The notes: generated by a model from the letters alone, not told the origin. Counted from the first letter of the stretch, positions 1 through 8,060 are shown. The stretch is DNA of 64,000 nucleotides from an uncultured delta proteobacterium (GCA_963825005.1 CAWGRP010000029.1:192245-256244), one strand, 5' to 3'. Numbers and translations: made by a program.

Positions 1-221
1 GATCATATACCCCCCTTTTTATTGAATGTGGCCAGCTGTTGATGAACTCCATCGCCATACGAAAAACTGGTACGAATGCTAACGTATACCGACACGCCAT
101 AGAGGGCAAAACCCTTATAGGTCAAGGGCTTAGCCCCTAAAATCGCGCTTTGTGGAGGGTGTCTTATTTCGGTGGTTTTGCATTGATTGTGCAACGCATT
201 AGCCATTGGTGATCCAGAAGT

Positions 222-464
222 TCAGCGCTGGTTTCTGTCCAGGCTTTTCTTCACATTTTTGTCCTTCTTATCCTTAAGTGCACACCAAACAAGCAAGGTT
301 GCGCCAGCAATGCAAGTCATTAATAGGCTAGGCATACCTGCTAAGATCTGATAGAATCCACCATCATAGCGTGTGGGATTCAGATATGCCGGGAGTGTAA
401 TAAAGATAACAACGAATAAGACAATATTTCCGATGATTAGAACTATTTTTTGGTTCTTATTCAT
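222..464 (-). CDS. small hypothetical membrane protein (80 aa)
   Basis: ORF with two hydrophobic segments (IVLIIGNIVLFVVIFITL; LLMTCIAGATLLVWCAL) and a Lys-rich tail. AAGGAG lies about 6 nt upstream of the ATG on the minus strand. No family recognised. Confidence 0.4.
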   Translation of the reverse strand: MNKNQKIVLIIGNIVLFVVIFITLPAYLNPTRYDGGFYQILAGMPSLLMTCIAGATLLVWCALKDKKDKNVKKSLDRNQR

Positions 465-522
465 ATTCTCTCCTTTTCAAGAGTGCTCTCATCGGTTTTT
501 CCCTTTCTGTAGGTTTCATCGC

Positions 523-1806
523 TTACTGAACAAGGCGCAGCTTAATGTCCTTGGCGATCGTGTTGAAAATGGCCTGCAACTCGCTGGAACTGGGTGCGTA
601 GTACTCAAACGAGGAACCGCTTGCTATCTCGGACAAAAACGTCTTGTCTATCTGGCCGAGGCCGATGGTGTAGATTTTCACGTACTTGTCCTTAAGTGCC
701 TGGGCGTGGTCCACTGCCATCTGCCTCGCGGTACTGCAGATGTAGCGGGGTAGTGTTTGGCCCGTGCCATGCGGAATGTAGCAGTATTCAGGGTCGGCGT
801 AGTTCGGCACGGGGTACTGGCTAAACACATACCACTTGGTGGTGGCTGTGGGGTTGCACTTCGACATTACTGGACTGTTGCCGTCACCGGTGTATCCCGG
901 GTCGATGTTGAGCCAGGTTTCGGAATCGGTTTTTCCCAGCTGGTTGTAAACCGTGTCGCACGTCTGGCCGGTCCCGCAGACCACGGCGTCGATATTGTCA
1001 GTGCCCTGGTTCTTGAATTTTCCCCTGAAGGCGGTGGGGTTTCCATCGGAAAAGAAAATGACGAACTGCTGGACCCGTTTATCAGGCGAAACTCCGCTCT
1101 GGTCGGTCAGTCCCTTGGGACCACCGGTCTGTGCCAGCGCATCCTCAGCGTTGGTGGCTCCGGTGGCGGTCATCTTGTCTATCGCATTGGTCATAGAGGT
1201 GACGTAGTTAGTTCCCAGGGGAACATCGACCGTCACGCCCGTGGCAAAGCTGATTAGCCCCACCTTGTCCTGGTCCTGGGTGTCCTGGAAGAACCCAACG
1301 AAGCTCTTCGCAGCCGTCTTCAGGTCCACGATGGCATTCCCATAGCCCGGCCCCATCGACCCCGACCGGTCGAGCACCAGCATGATCTCCACTTCATTCT
1401 TCTTGGCGACGCCCATACCGTTCGAGACGACCTGCGTGACCCCAAAAAGTTGGGCCAGAAAGATGGGGGCGTTCACGGAACCGGTCACCCGTATGCGATG
1501 GTCTGGATCCTGGTAAGCCTCGAAGGTCACGCTCCCTGAGGCTCCCTTGGACGGAGTTCCCAGGTACCCCGCGGGGAAGTTCTCGTTCGCGAGCTGCCGG
1601 GCCAGCACCAAGGGGTCGACATACGGGTTCGATATGTTCTTCGCCCCCGCTATGGCTGCTGCGTCGACGCTCTTTGAGAGTTCCGCCCGCACCATGTACC
1701 AGAACCCCGCTTCAAAGCCAAGTGCACAGAACCCGAGGAGCACGAGCAACAGAAGGGCAAAGAGTATCACTACGGCTCCCCTTTGGTTGTTGAGAGTTCT
1801 TCGCAT
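523..1806 (-). CDS. TadG-like Flp-pilus-associated protein with von Willebrand A domain
   Basis: N-terminus RGAVVILFALLLLVLLGFCALGFEAGFWYMVRAEL is typical of TadE/TadG pseudopilins. A MIDAS-type DxSxS motif (VLDRSGSM) and a vWA-like central region are present. It is adjacent to tadE-like genes. Confidence 0.8.
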   Translation of the reverse strand: MRRTLNNQRGAVVILFALLLLVLLGFCALGFEAGFWYMVRAELSKSVDAAAIAGAKNISNPYVDPLVLARQLANENFPAGYLGTPSKGASGSVTFEAYQDPDHRIRVTGSVNAPIFLAQLFGVTQVVSNGMGVAKKNEVEIMLVLDRSGSMGPGYGNAIVDLKTAAKSFVGFFQDTQDQDKVGLISFATGVTVDVPLGTNYVTSMTNAIDKMTATGATNAEDALAQTGGPKGLTDQSGVSPDKRVQQFVIFFSDGNPTAFRGKFKNQGTDNIDAVVCGTGQTCDTVYNQLGKTDSETWLNIDPGYTGDGNSPVMSKCNPTATTKWYVFSQYPVPNYADPEYCYIPHGTGQTLPRYICSTARQMAVDHAQALKDKYVKIYTIGLGQIDKTFLSEIASGSSFEYYAPSSSELQAIFNTIAKDIKLRLVQ

Positions 1807-1842
1807 GACGCCGCTCCTTTCTGGACTGGAATTGGCTTTCCA

Positions 1843-2413
1843 TCAGAACACCGCCTTGCTGCTTATGATGGTTCCGCTACTTGTGAACCAGGGAACGAAG
1901 GAGATTGGAGTGATGGGAGTGTACTCGTAGAAGACCTCGACCACGGTTACATCGCTAATGTCGGCCGTGTTGTGACCCGCGCCACTTTTGAACACCAAGT
2001 GCCCGTAGAGGTCGGTGGACAAGCCAAGAAGGGTCACCCCGCTCCCCATAGAGCTCTGGACCGAGAGAGATCCTGCGCTTGCGCTTCGAGGACAATAGTG
2101 GGGTTGTTGTTCTGGCTGGTGCCGGCGCTGATTTTCCAGATGTTGATTTTCCCTGATTTGGCAAGGTCCAGCGGACTTGCCGCTTGCTGAAGCATCTTGA
2201 CGAGATCCGTGGCGGATTGGGAATGTCGCGGGAGGCCAGACTGCCACCTTCTCGGGCCACGTTGGTGAGCACGAGCCTCGCCTGTATGAGCATCCCAAGA
2301 TCAACCGTTGCGAAGGTCATCATGAGCACGAGGGGGAGGATAAGGGCCAGTTCCAAGGCTGCAACACCGCTTTCACCAAGATGTCCGCGACGGTTATGTA
2401 GTTTCATTATCAT
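1843..2413 (-). pseudogene. TadE-like pseudopilin, readable only across three frames
   Basis: N-terminus (ORF 1955..2434) GVAALELALILPLVLMMTFATVDLG is TadE-like. I translated the middle by hand in a third frame (SATDLVKMLQQAASPLDLAKSGKINIWKISAGTSQNNNPTIVLEAQAQ). The C-terminus (ORF 1843..2304) is ...DISDVTVVEVFYEYTPITPI. Frame changes lie near 2215 and 2060. GGAGGAG precedes the ATG at 2413. Confidence 0.55.
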
Positions 2414-2430
2414 ATATCTCCTCCCCTTTT

Positions 2431-2910
2431 TCAAAACAGTTCGTTCCGGTACAGCGCCTCCGCACGGACCGTCGCACCCGACGGGAAGAAGTTTCCGATA
2501 AGCGGGGTAAAGAAATTGTAGGTGTATTGGGTCTGCACCCGCATGTAGTCGCCGCCCTGGCCGGCATTAACCGTTTTTTGCCAGTTAACCGGGTCCGTAT
2601 ATCCAGGACCCACGGGATAGATATTAATCTGCAGCGCACCCGGGTTGACCGCAAGGGCGGCGTTGTCTTGAATGGTCTTAATGATCGAGGCTTCCCGGGT
2701 CATGTTGTTGCCTTTTGCGTCTTGGAGTTGTCCGCCCACGAGGGCGAGCCTGGTACCCTCCCGGGTGGCGTACTGGATCGTGTGCTGGACGAAAAAGTAC
2801 CAGCCGAAGTCAATGATCGCAAATATCAGCAAAGCGAAAATAGGAAATACCAGGGCAAACTCGACGGCTGTCGCGCCTCTGCTGTTTGATCTATTCAGGG
2901 ATATCTTCAT
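2431..2910 (-). CDS. TadE-like pseudopilin
   Basis: The internal start MKISLNRSNSRGATAVEFALVFPIFALLIFAIIDFGWYF carries the TadE N-terminal motif. The longer ORF (to 3123) has an implausible Arg/Lys-rich extension. The stop overlaps the next tadE-like start. Confidence 0.75.
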   Translation of the reverse strand: MKISLNRSNSRGATAVEFALVFPIFALLIFAIIDFGWYFFVQHTIQYATREGTRLALVGGQLQDAKGNNMTREASIIKTIQDNAALAVNPGALQINIYPVGPGYTDPVNWQKTVNAGQGGDYMRVQTQYTYNFFTPLIGNFFPSGATVRAEALYRNELF

Positions 2911-3500
2911 CTCGCCCCTCTCTGTTGTACTGGATACAGATTTTGCCCGTGGCCTTGTTAGCCGCACCAACCTTAGACAGGCTCCAGGTTTTTCCCCAGG
3001 GCGATGAGCCACTTTTTCATCTTCTCCATCCTGCTCATCTCTTTTTCTCCTAGCAGACCTGAATTTCCAAAACAGGTCCTTACAAGCAGGATATGCAATG
3101 CCGTGCAACCAAATCTGGGCCACTGGGGTGCGCAGTCTTCTGCGATGACCCTGAGGGTTCTCCTAAGCCAAGAGTTCCGGGGGATATGAGGGACATCCTA
3201 TATTCCTCCTGTCAAGCACAAAATCCATAGATAACGATTTCAAGAAGTTACTTAGTCGGCCCATTCTTACGGCATACCTCTCCTGTCGGCCCTCTATATA
3301 CGAGGCCTTCAAATGGTCGGCGAGTCTCTCACCTATAGGCGAATCCGCACCTCAGCGTTATCAGTATCCGGCATGCATAAGGCCGCCCATCATCCTTTAC
3401 CCAGGTTGCATGATTCAAGTGAGAGGCCCAGGATTGTCCCCCACGAGGTCGTATCGCCTCTACGTTGTTGCTCGGGCTCTCTCGCCGCTTGTAATCTCAG

Positions 3501-4775
3501 TTACGCTTCCATGCAATGCGGATTAAACGTCTCCCCCTTCTTCATCAGTGTCCAGGCAATAATGAGCAGCTTTGCCGCAAGCTTCACCCGCATCTTGATG
3601 CCGATCCCCTTCTCCCGCTCCCGCCCTTTGAGCTTACGGGTTAGGTATGCCATAAAGGTGGGATGCTTTGTTGAGGCGACCAGTGCCGCCTGGTAGAGGG
3701 CGTATCGGAGGTCGGCCTTGCCCTTCTTCGAGATCACCATGGGCGTATCTTCCCGTTTACCACTCTTGTCGCCGCTCAAATCCAGTCCTGCCAGTTTCAG
3801 CACCTGCCTGCCGCTCCCGAATCGGTGTGGATCGCCAAGTGCCCCTAAGACCTTAGCAGAAACATCGGGGCCGAAACCGGGGATGCTCATAAGACAGGGG
3901 TATTCGGCAAAGCCCTTGCACACCTTCTCTATAGCCTGATCTACCTCCTTAAGCATCGTCGTTATCTGCTCGCGCAGAGTAAGCGTAAGCTGTGCCTCGA
4001 ACGGTAGCGCAGGCGTTGGGGCGCAGCCGATTGATCGTCCTGCCTTCGTGTGGATCTCCAGAAGCCGTGCCTCCTGTGGTGCTCCTCCGTTCCGTGAGGA
4101 AACCATACGGACAAATGCAGGAAACGATAAGCGGGCTATCCCGTGTGGATCGAAACACCACCTTACGATCGCCGGTCCTTCAGCGCACCGGTAGTAAGGA
4201 TCGAGTTCAGGGAAGTACTGGGCAATGAGGTGGTTACGTAGCCGCACCATGGATCCATGTTCCAGCTTCTTCAGTTTCCGCTTCCATGAGAGGAGTGCGC
4301 GTAGCTCCCGTATTTCCGGTGAGGGGTACTCATAGAAGAGACACTTCCCCTGGATCACGAGATCGGCCACGTTGGCGGCGTCCTTCGTGTCGTTCCTGTC
4401 CCACCGCCCGGTGAGCAGTTCACGGTTCTTCTTCACCGCAGTACCGGCAACGAGAACCACCCTATGGCCTTGGGTAATCAGGTATTCACCCAGGGGCTTG
4501 TGATAGTCTCCCGTCGGCTCGAGACCGAACACTACCTTTGTGAGCGCATGGCGCGCTTTCAGCGTGGCTGCGTGAAGAAGAAGCTTTTCAAATCCCTCGT
4601 GTGTGTTGTCGAAGACGAGCTTCCTCAGAAGCGTCTTTCCTGCTGCGGTGCCGAAGAAGGCATAGTGGCGCTCCTTGGCCACATCGATGCCCACGACCAG
4701 GTAGTCGCGGGATTCTCTGATCTCGCTTCTCAGTTGACGGAATTCGCCGAGTCTGCTATCATCGTTCTGTACCAT
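3501..4775 (-). CDS. IS110-family (DEDD) transposase/recombinase, 424 aa
   Basis: N-terminal DEDD/RuvC-like motifs (LVVGIDVAKERHY; GLEPTGDYH; RNDTKDAANVA). C-terminal Transposase_20-like region (LMSIPGFGPDVSAKVLGALGDPHRF...LSGDKSGKRE...ISKKGKADLRYALYQAA). Start taken at MVQNDD (ATG 4775), preceded by AAGGAGG. The longer ORF to 4904 is a non-coding leader. Confidence 0.85.
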   Translation of the reverse strand: MVQNDDSRLGEFRQLRSEIRESRDYLVVGIDVAKERHYAFFGTAAGKTLLRKLVFDNTHEGFEKLLLHAATLKARHALTKVVFGLEPTGDYHKPLGEYLITQGHRVVLVAGTAVKKNRELLTGRWDRNDTKDAANVADLVIQGKCLFYEYPSPEIRELRALLSWKRKLKKLEHGSMVRLRNHLIAQYFPELDPYYRCAEGPAIVRWCFDPHGIARLSFPAFVRMVSSRNGGAPQEARLLEIHTKAGRSIGCAPTPALPFEAQLTLTLREQITTMLKEVDQAIEKVCKGFAEYPCLMSIPGFGPDVSAKVLGALGDPHRFGSGRQVLKLAGLDLSGDKSGKREDTPMVISKKGKADLRYALYQAALVASTKHPTFMAYLTRKLKGREREKGIGIKMRVKLAAKLLIIAWTLMKKGETFNPHCMEA

Positions 4776-4841
4776 AGAAACCTCCTTGCTAAGATTATGG
4801 TGATGTGGGCACATCAACAAATAGCTTAGCAGGAGGTTTCT
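4776..4841 (-). promoter_or_regulatory. RBS-sequestering hairpin in the IS110 5' leader
   Basis: Plus-strand AGAAACCTCCTTGCTAAG (4776-4793) pairs with CTTAGCAGGAGGTTTCT (4825-4841), giving a 17-bp stem with one bulge and a 31-nt loop. In the minus-strand RNA the 3' arm contains AAGGAGG immediately before the ATG. Confidence 0.5.
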
Positions 4842-4929
4842 TTTTTGGTAGTCTGATAAAAAACTTTTTTCTCCGCTACCATTGAGGGTGTAGCCTGAGG
4901 TCATGAGAATATATAACGTTGTTAACTAA

Positions 4930-5982
4930 GTGATCCCTGAGAAGTAAGTGCCCTTTCTCAGCCGGTCAAATTGTCACCACGACGGTGTTCTCGCCATCGA
5001 GAAGAGATCTTTCTTGAATAAGGACACCCCGAGCAGTTCGGACCATAGCTTCATGCAAACAAGAAAAGACGATACGCAGCCCTGCAGCCTCCTTTTCAAG
5101 GCCAAGAGGGCCTTGGCCCATCTCTTTATGTTGCAGGCGATGAGCATTGGTGTATTCACATTGTTCGGAAAAAAGGCGTTTCAGCAGTTGGTAGGGCTCA
5201 CACCCGGTGAGCTCATCATCGTTCTCGAAGAGAAGCATAAGCGCATAGAGATACTGAGCCAGTTCTTCCAGTTTACTCTTCTGTTCGGCCGGACCCAGAC
5301 CGAACCATCCTTCGGGTTCTTGTGCATCCCACTTCTGAATTGCAGCGGGGACCCTTGAATACTGCTCTTCGTTAAGACTCTTGAGAAACACGGTCAGGGT
5401 GTTGGTGAACAGGGCGAATCTTCCTCGTACGCGAATATTCGAGATGATGTGCGTCGAATCAAGTCGCTGATTACTGACCGATACGCCAAGCCTGTTCAGG
5501 GCTGAATCTCTGATGCCATCGAATACCCCACGAACCAGCTTCATCTCCGGATCGCTGGTAGCGAGCCGCCTGCGGAACTCAACAAGAGAGCGGCGAGAGA
5601 GGTAGTCCTCTTCATCGTCGACATCCAACGCATAGCGCCACCTGATATCGAAGCTGAAGGTATCCAGGGCCTCCTGATCGCTTAGGTCGTTCCACTCCTG
5701 CAAAAGACACAGACCCAGAAGACGGGCAACGCTGAAATTCGGCCGACCCGTGGTCCCATACAGCATCGCATACCGATCCTCGTTCCTGAACAGGATGGGA
5801 AGCACTTCGCATCGGAACAGGTGAGCCCATGACGACGCAAGGCGGCTGCGCAACGAGGGTGATACCTGCGTCTCTACACCGAATAGTTTTTGTTGGGGTG
5901 ACGTTCGTTTATACATGCAGTAAGCTATTATTATATACAACTGAATACAACGGTTATTTGAGAGTTACTTCTCAGGAATCTC
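4930..5982 (-). mobile_element. IS5/IS1182-like element, probably an internally deleted derivative
   Basis: Perfect 12-bp inverted repeat CCTGAGAAGTAA (4936-4947) / TTACTTCTCAGG (5966-5976), extending imperfectly by my alignment (GAtcCCTGAGAAGTAAgTg vs GAttCCTGAGAAGTAAcTc). The two copies lie 18 and 25 nt outside the ends of the transposase ORF. Confidence 0.55.
4966..5940 (-). pseudogene. IS5/IS1182-family transposase, truncated (DUF772-type N-domain and first catalytic Asp only)
   Basis: The DUF772-like region GRPNFSVARLLGLCLLQEWNDLSDQEALDTFSFDIRWRYALDV is followed by QRLDSTHIISN (first D of the DDE triad). I found no recognisable second D (DxGY) or E motif before the stop. Confidence 0.6.
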
Positions 5983-6199
5983 ATTATATGCAACGTCCCG
6001 CATCCGAAGACGGTTGTATCCTGCAACCGATTTAGCGACCGCCATAAATCCCATCCCTTCCGCGGTGCTTCTATGAGACGAGGTTGCATCTCTTTGGTTG
6101 CGCTTCGCTCCATATGACGTTTAGAAGAGAAATATGATTCGAATCGCGGAACGTGAGGACAGTGAGTGAGGATCGAACAGAGCACAGGAGGAAGACCCT

Positions 6200-6529
6200 T
6201 TGATATGCGAAAAATGTGGCGCAGGCTATATGATCGACGACACTTTTGGGCAGGTCGAAGCATGTAGATGCTGGGTCTGCGGCAACAGGGTTTGCATTGG
6301 TTGCCTGAAACGATCCAGCTCTCTTGTGTGCTCCAGATGCGGGGACACCAGAAATGTAGAGAACGACTTCGGCCACTGTGAAGCGTGTATGACACTACAC
6401 GATGGTTCCGTTCAGAGGATGAGAAAAGGCGCCGTGGAGAAGTTACCAGCGTCTGACACATCGAGCGAACTCGCCAATCGGCGGTTCGTTGCAGATGGTC
6501 GTGGCGCCCATATATCGTATGCCTCTTGA
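6200..6529 (+). CDS. Cys-rich zinc-ribbon-like small protein (109 aa)
   Basis: TTG start with GGAGGA about 6-8 nt upstream. There are 11 Cys in the first 63 residues, including five CxxC pairs (C3/C6, C24/C27, C32/C35, C44/C47, C60/C63). No family recognised. Confidence 0.45.
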   Translation: MICEKCGAGYMIDDTFGQVEACRCWVCGNRVCIGCLKRSSSLVCSRCGDTRNVENDFGHCEACMTLHDGSVQRMRKGAVEKLPASDTSSELANRRFVADGRGAHISYAS

Positions 6530-6557
6530 TCGAGTGAGGAAGAGGGTGGAGGTCGTT

Positions 6558-7199
6558 ATGGAAAACAGGGTTCCTACTGTGAGGCTACATCACGTGGTCA
6601 ATATCTCGGCATCTATAATCTTCGCATTTTTCGCTTACAAGAGCATCCAGGGGATTGCGAAGTCACCATCATTCGGCGTTGACGCGCTACCCTACCTCGC
6701 CTGGTTCCTGCGCAACAGTTCCGTGACTCTTCTTTTTCTTATCCGGAGGCCTGCGAAGACAGGTTCAAGGCAGGTTCACGAATGGCTGGTGGCTTTTGTC
6801 GGATCATTCATAGGGTTCTTGTACCAGCCACGGGCATTATCCCTCATTCCTTCGGATCATCTCAGCCCCATTTACGCTGTCATGGTCATGTCGGCAGTAT
6901 TAACCGTAGCGGCCATTCTGTCATTAGGACGCTCGTTTGGAGTGGTCCCGGCCAACCGTGGTGTTCGAACCAACGGGCTTTATTCCATTGTGCGCCACCC
7001 TATCTATGCCTGTTATATACTCTTTGACATCACTTTCATAACCATACGATTCTCCTGGTTCAATCTGTTGATCTTCTCCATCTTCTGTACAGCTCTCTAC
7101 TTAAGAGGCTTGTATGAAGAGAGATTTCTACGCACTGATCCAGCCTACCGCGACTATGCAAACCGAATCCGCTACATGTTCTTTCCCGGGATCATCTGA
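6558..7199 (+). CDS. isoprenylcysteine carboxyl methyltransferase (ICMT)/phospholipid methyltransferase family membrane protein
   Basis: Polytopic membrane protein with the family C-terminal signature (NRGVRTNGLYSIVRHPIYACYILF ... LYEERFLRTDPAYRDYANRIRY). Start taken at MENRV (ATG 6558), with GGAGG 8 nt upstream. Confidence 0.75.
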   Translation: MENRVPTVRLHHVVNISASIIFAFFAYKSIQGIAKSPSFGVDALPYLAWFLRNSSVTLLFLIRRPAKTGSRQVHEWLVAFVGSFIGFLYQPRALSLIPSDHLSPIYAVMVMSAVLTVAAILSLGRSFGVVPANRGVRTNGLYSIVRHPIYACYILFDITFITIRFSWFNLLIFSIFCTALYLRGLYEERFLRTDPAYRDYANRIRYMFFPGII

Positions 7200-7408
7200 C
7201 GCGTAGCATTCTCAAACCCGATGGACTTTGAGGCGACAGCGCCATCACACTGATCTGCGGCCGGGCAAAGAAAAGCTTCAAGTTTCAAGGCCTCAATGTT
7301 CGTGTTGCGTGTTGCATGCCGAAGCATATAAAGAGTATGCGGTTGACCATGAAGAAAGAGAGATCTGACACAAGAGAAGAAAAAGAAACATCGGAAGGGA
7401 AAACTGAT

Positions 7409-7624
7409 ATGGCTGATCACTCGTACAGCAAAGGGTTCACCCTCATCGAACTGATCGTCTTTATGATCGTTCTCTCCATACTTAGCGCGGTGGCTGTGCA
7501 AAAGTACGCAGACCTGGGGAGCAGTGCGGTTGATGTTTCTACCGGTAACTTCCTCAATGCGCTGAGGTCAGCAAATGAGCTCGTCTATGTGAAAAAGCAG
7601 ATGGACGGCGACTCCCTGGCTTAG
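7409..7624 (+). CDS. very short type IV pilin/pseudopilin-like protein (71 aa precursor)
   Basis: Class III signal peptide MADHSYSKG|FTLIELIVFMIVLSILSAVAV, with Gly-1, Phe+1 and Glu+5. The GGAAGGGA RBS lies upstream of ATG 7409. The mature part is only about 62 aa with no room for a globular head domain. Confidence 0.7.
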   Translation: MADHSYSKGFTLIELIVFMIVLSILSAVAVQKYADLGSSAVDVSTGNFLNALRSANELVYVKKQMDGDSLA

Positions 7625-7674
7625 TTGCATGCCAGAGCATATACGAAATAGGAACGGAACAACAGGAGGCTCAG

Positions 7675-8055
7675 GTGGCTAAGGAAAGTGCAAACCGGAA
7701 GATTGAAGCACACATCGCCAAGATCAAGCTTCACACGGCTGAACTGATCGAAGAGATAATGCGGCATGATCCGGCTAACCCGGATACATCCGCGCACGTT
7801 GTAGCGAGGAAGTATGACTATCTGGATGGCAGAAGAGACATGCTTTCCCATGACGGGAAAGAGAGAAGCGTGACCATTCTTGATCAAACAGGACTCGCCA
7901 GTTTGCTCCGTTCCCTGGGCGAGATCGGATTGCTGAAAGGGCAAGCGTACAAAGAGTACCTCAAGCTAAAACAGCCTAGTAAGGCTGAGATTGGAGCGAC
8001 GGATCATTCCAAGGGATATGAACCGGCTCCACAAAATCTAAGGAAAAGGAGGTAA
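7675..8055 (+). CDS. hypothetical protein (126 aa)
   Basis: GTG start with AGGAGG 5 nt upstream. Predicted helical and charged. It ends 5 nt before flp. No family recognised. Confidence 0.45.
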   Translation: MAKESANRKIEAHIAKIKLHTAELIEEIMRHDPANPDTSAHVVARKYDYLDGRRDMLSHDGKERSVTILDQTGLASLLRSLGEIGLLKGQAYKEYLKLKQPSKAEIGATDHSKGYEPAPQNLRKRR

Positions 8056-8060
8056 AGGAA

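Larger units (their letters stand above)
3205..4930 (-). mobile_element. IS110-family insertion sequence (ends approximate)
   Basis: A single DEDD-type transposase gene is flanked by about 150 nt (5') and 250-300 nt (3') of ORF-free, hairpin-rich sequence. No terminal inverted repeats of its own are obvious, as expected for IS110-family elements. Boundaries are not resolved: somewhere in 3200-3260 on one side and 4915-4935 on the other. Confidence 0.55.

Noticed and set aside
3-206. A minus-strand ORF open to the left window edge (67 aa).
   Set aside because: I recognise no motif or family and see no clear RBS, and it is truncated by the window. I cannot support it as a gene.
3313-3696. A plus-strand 127-aa ORF spanning the IS110 3' flank and the transposase 3' end.
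   Set aside because: It is antisense to the transposase over half its length. The rest lies in hairpin-rich non-coding IS sequence, and the translation is not protein-like.
5931-6461. A minus-strand 176-aa ORF between the IS5-like element and the zinc-ribbon gene.
   Set aside because: Its composition is Cys/Arg/Ser-rich and it has no RBS. It overlaps the better-supported plus-strand zinc-ribbon ORF and the IS inverted repeat.
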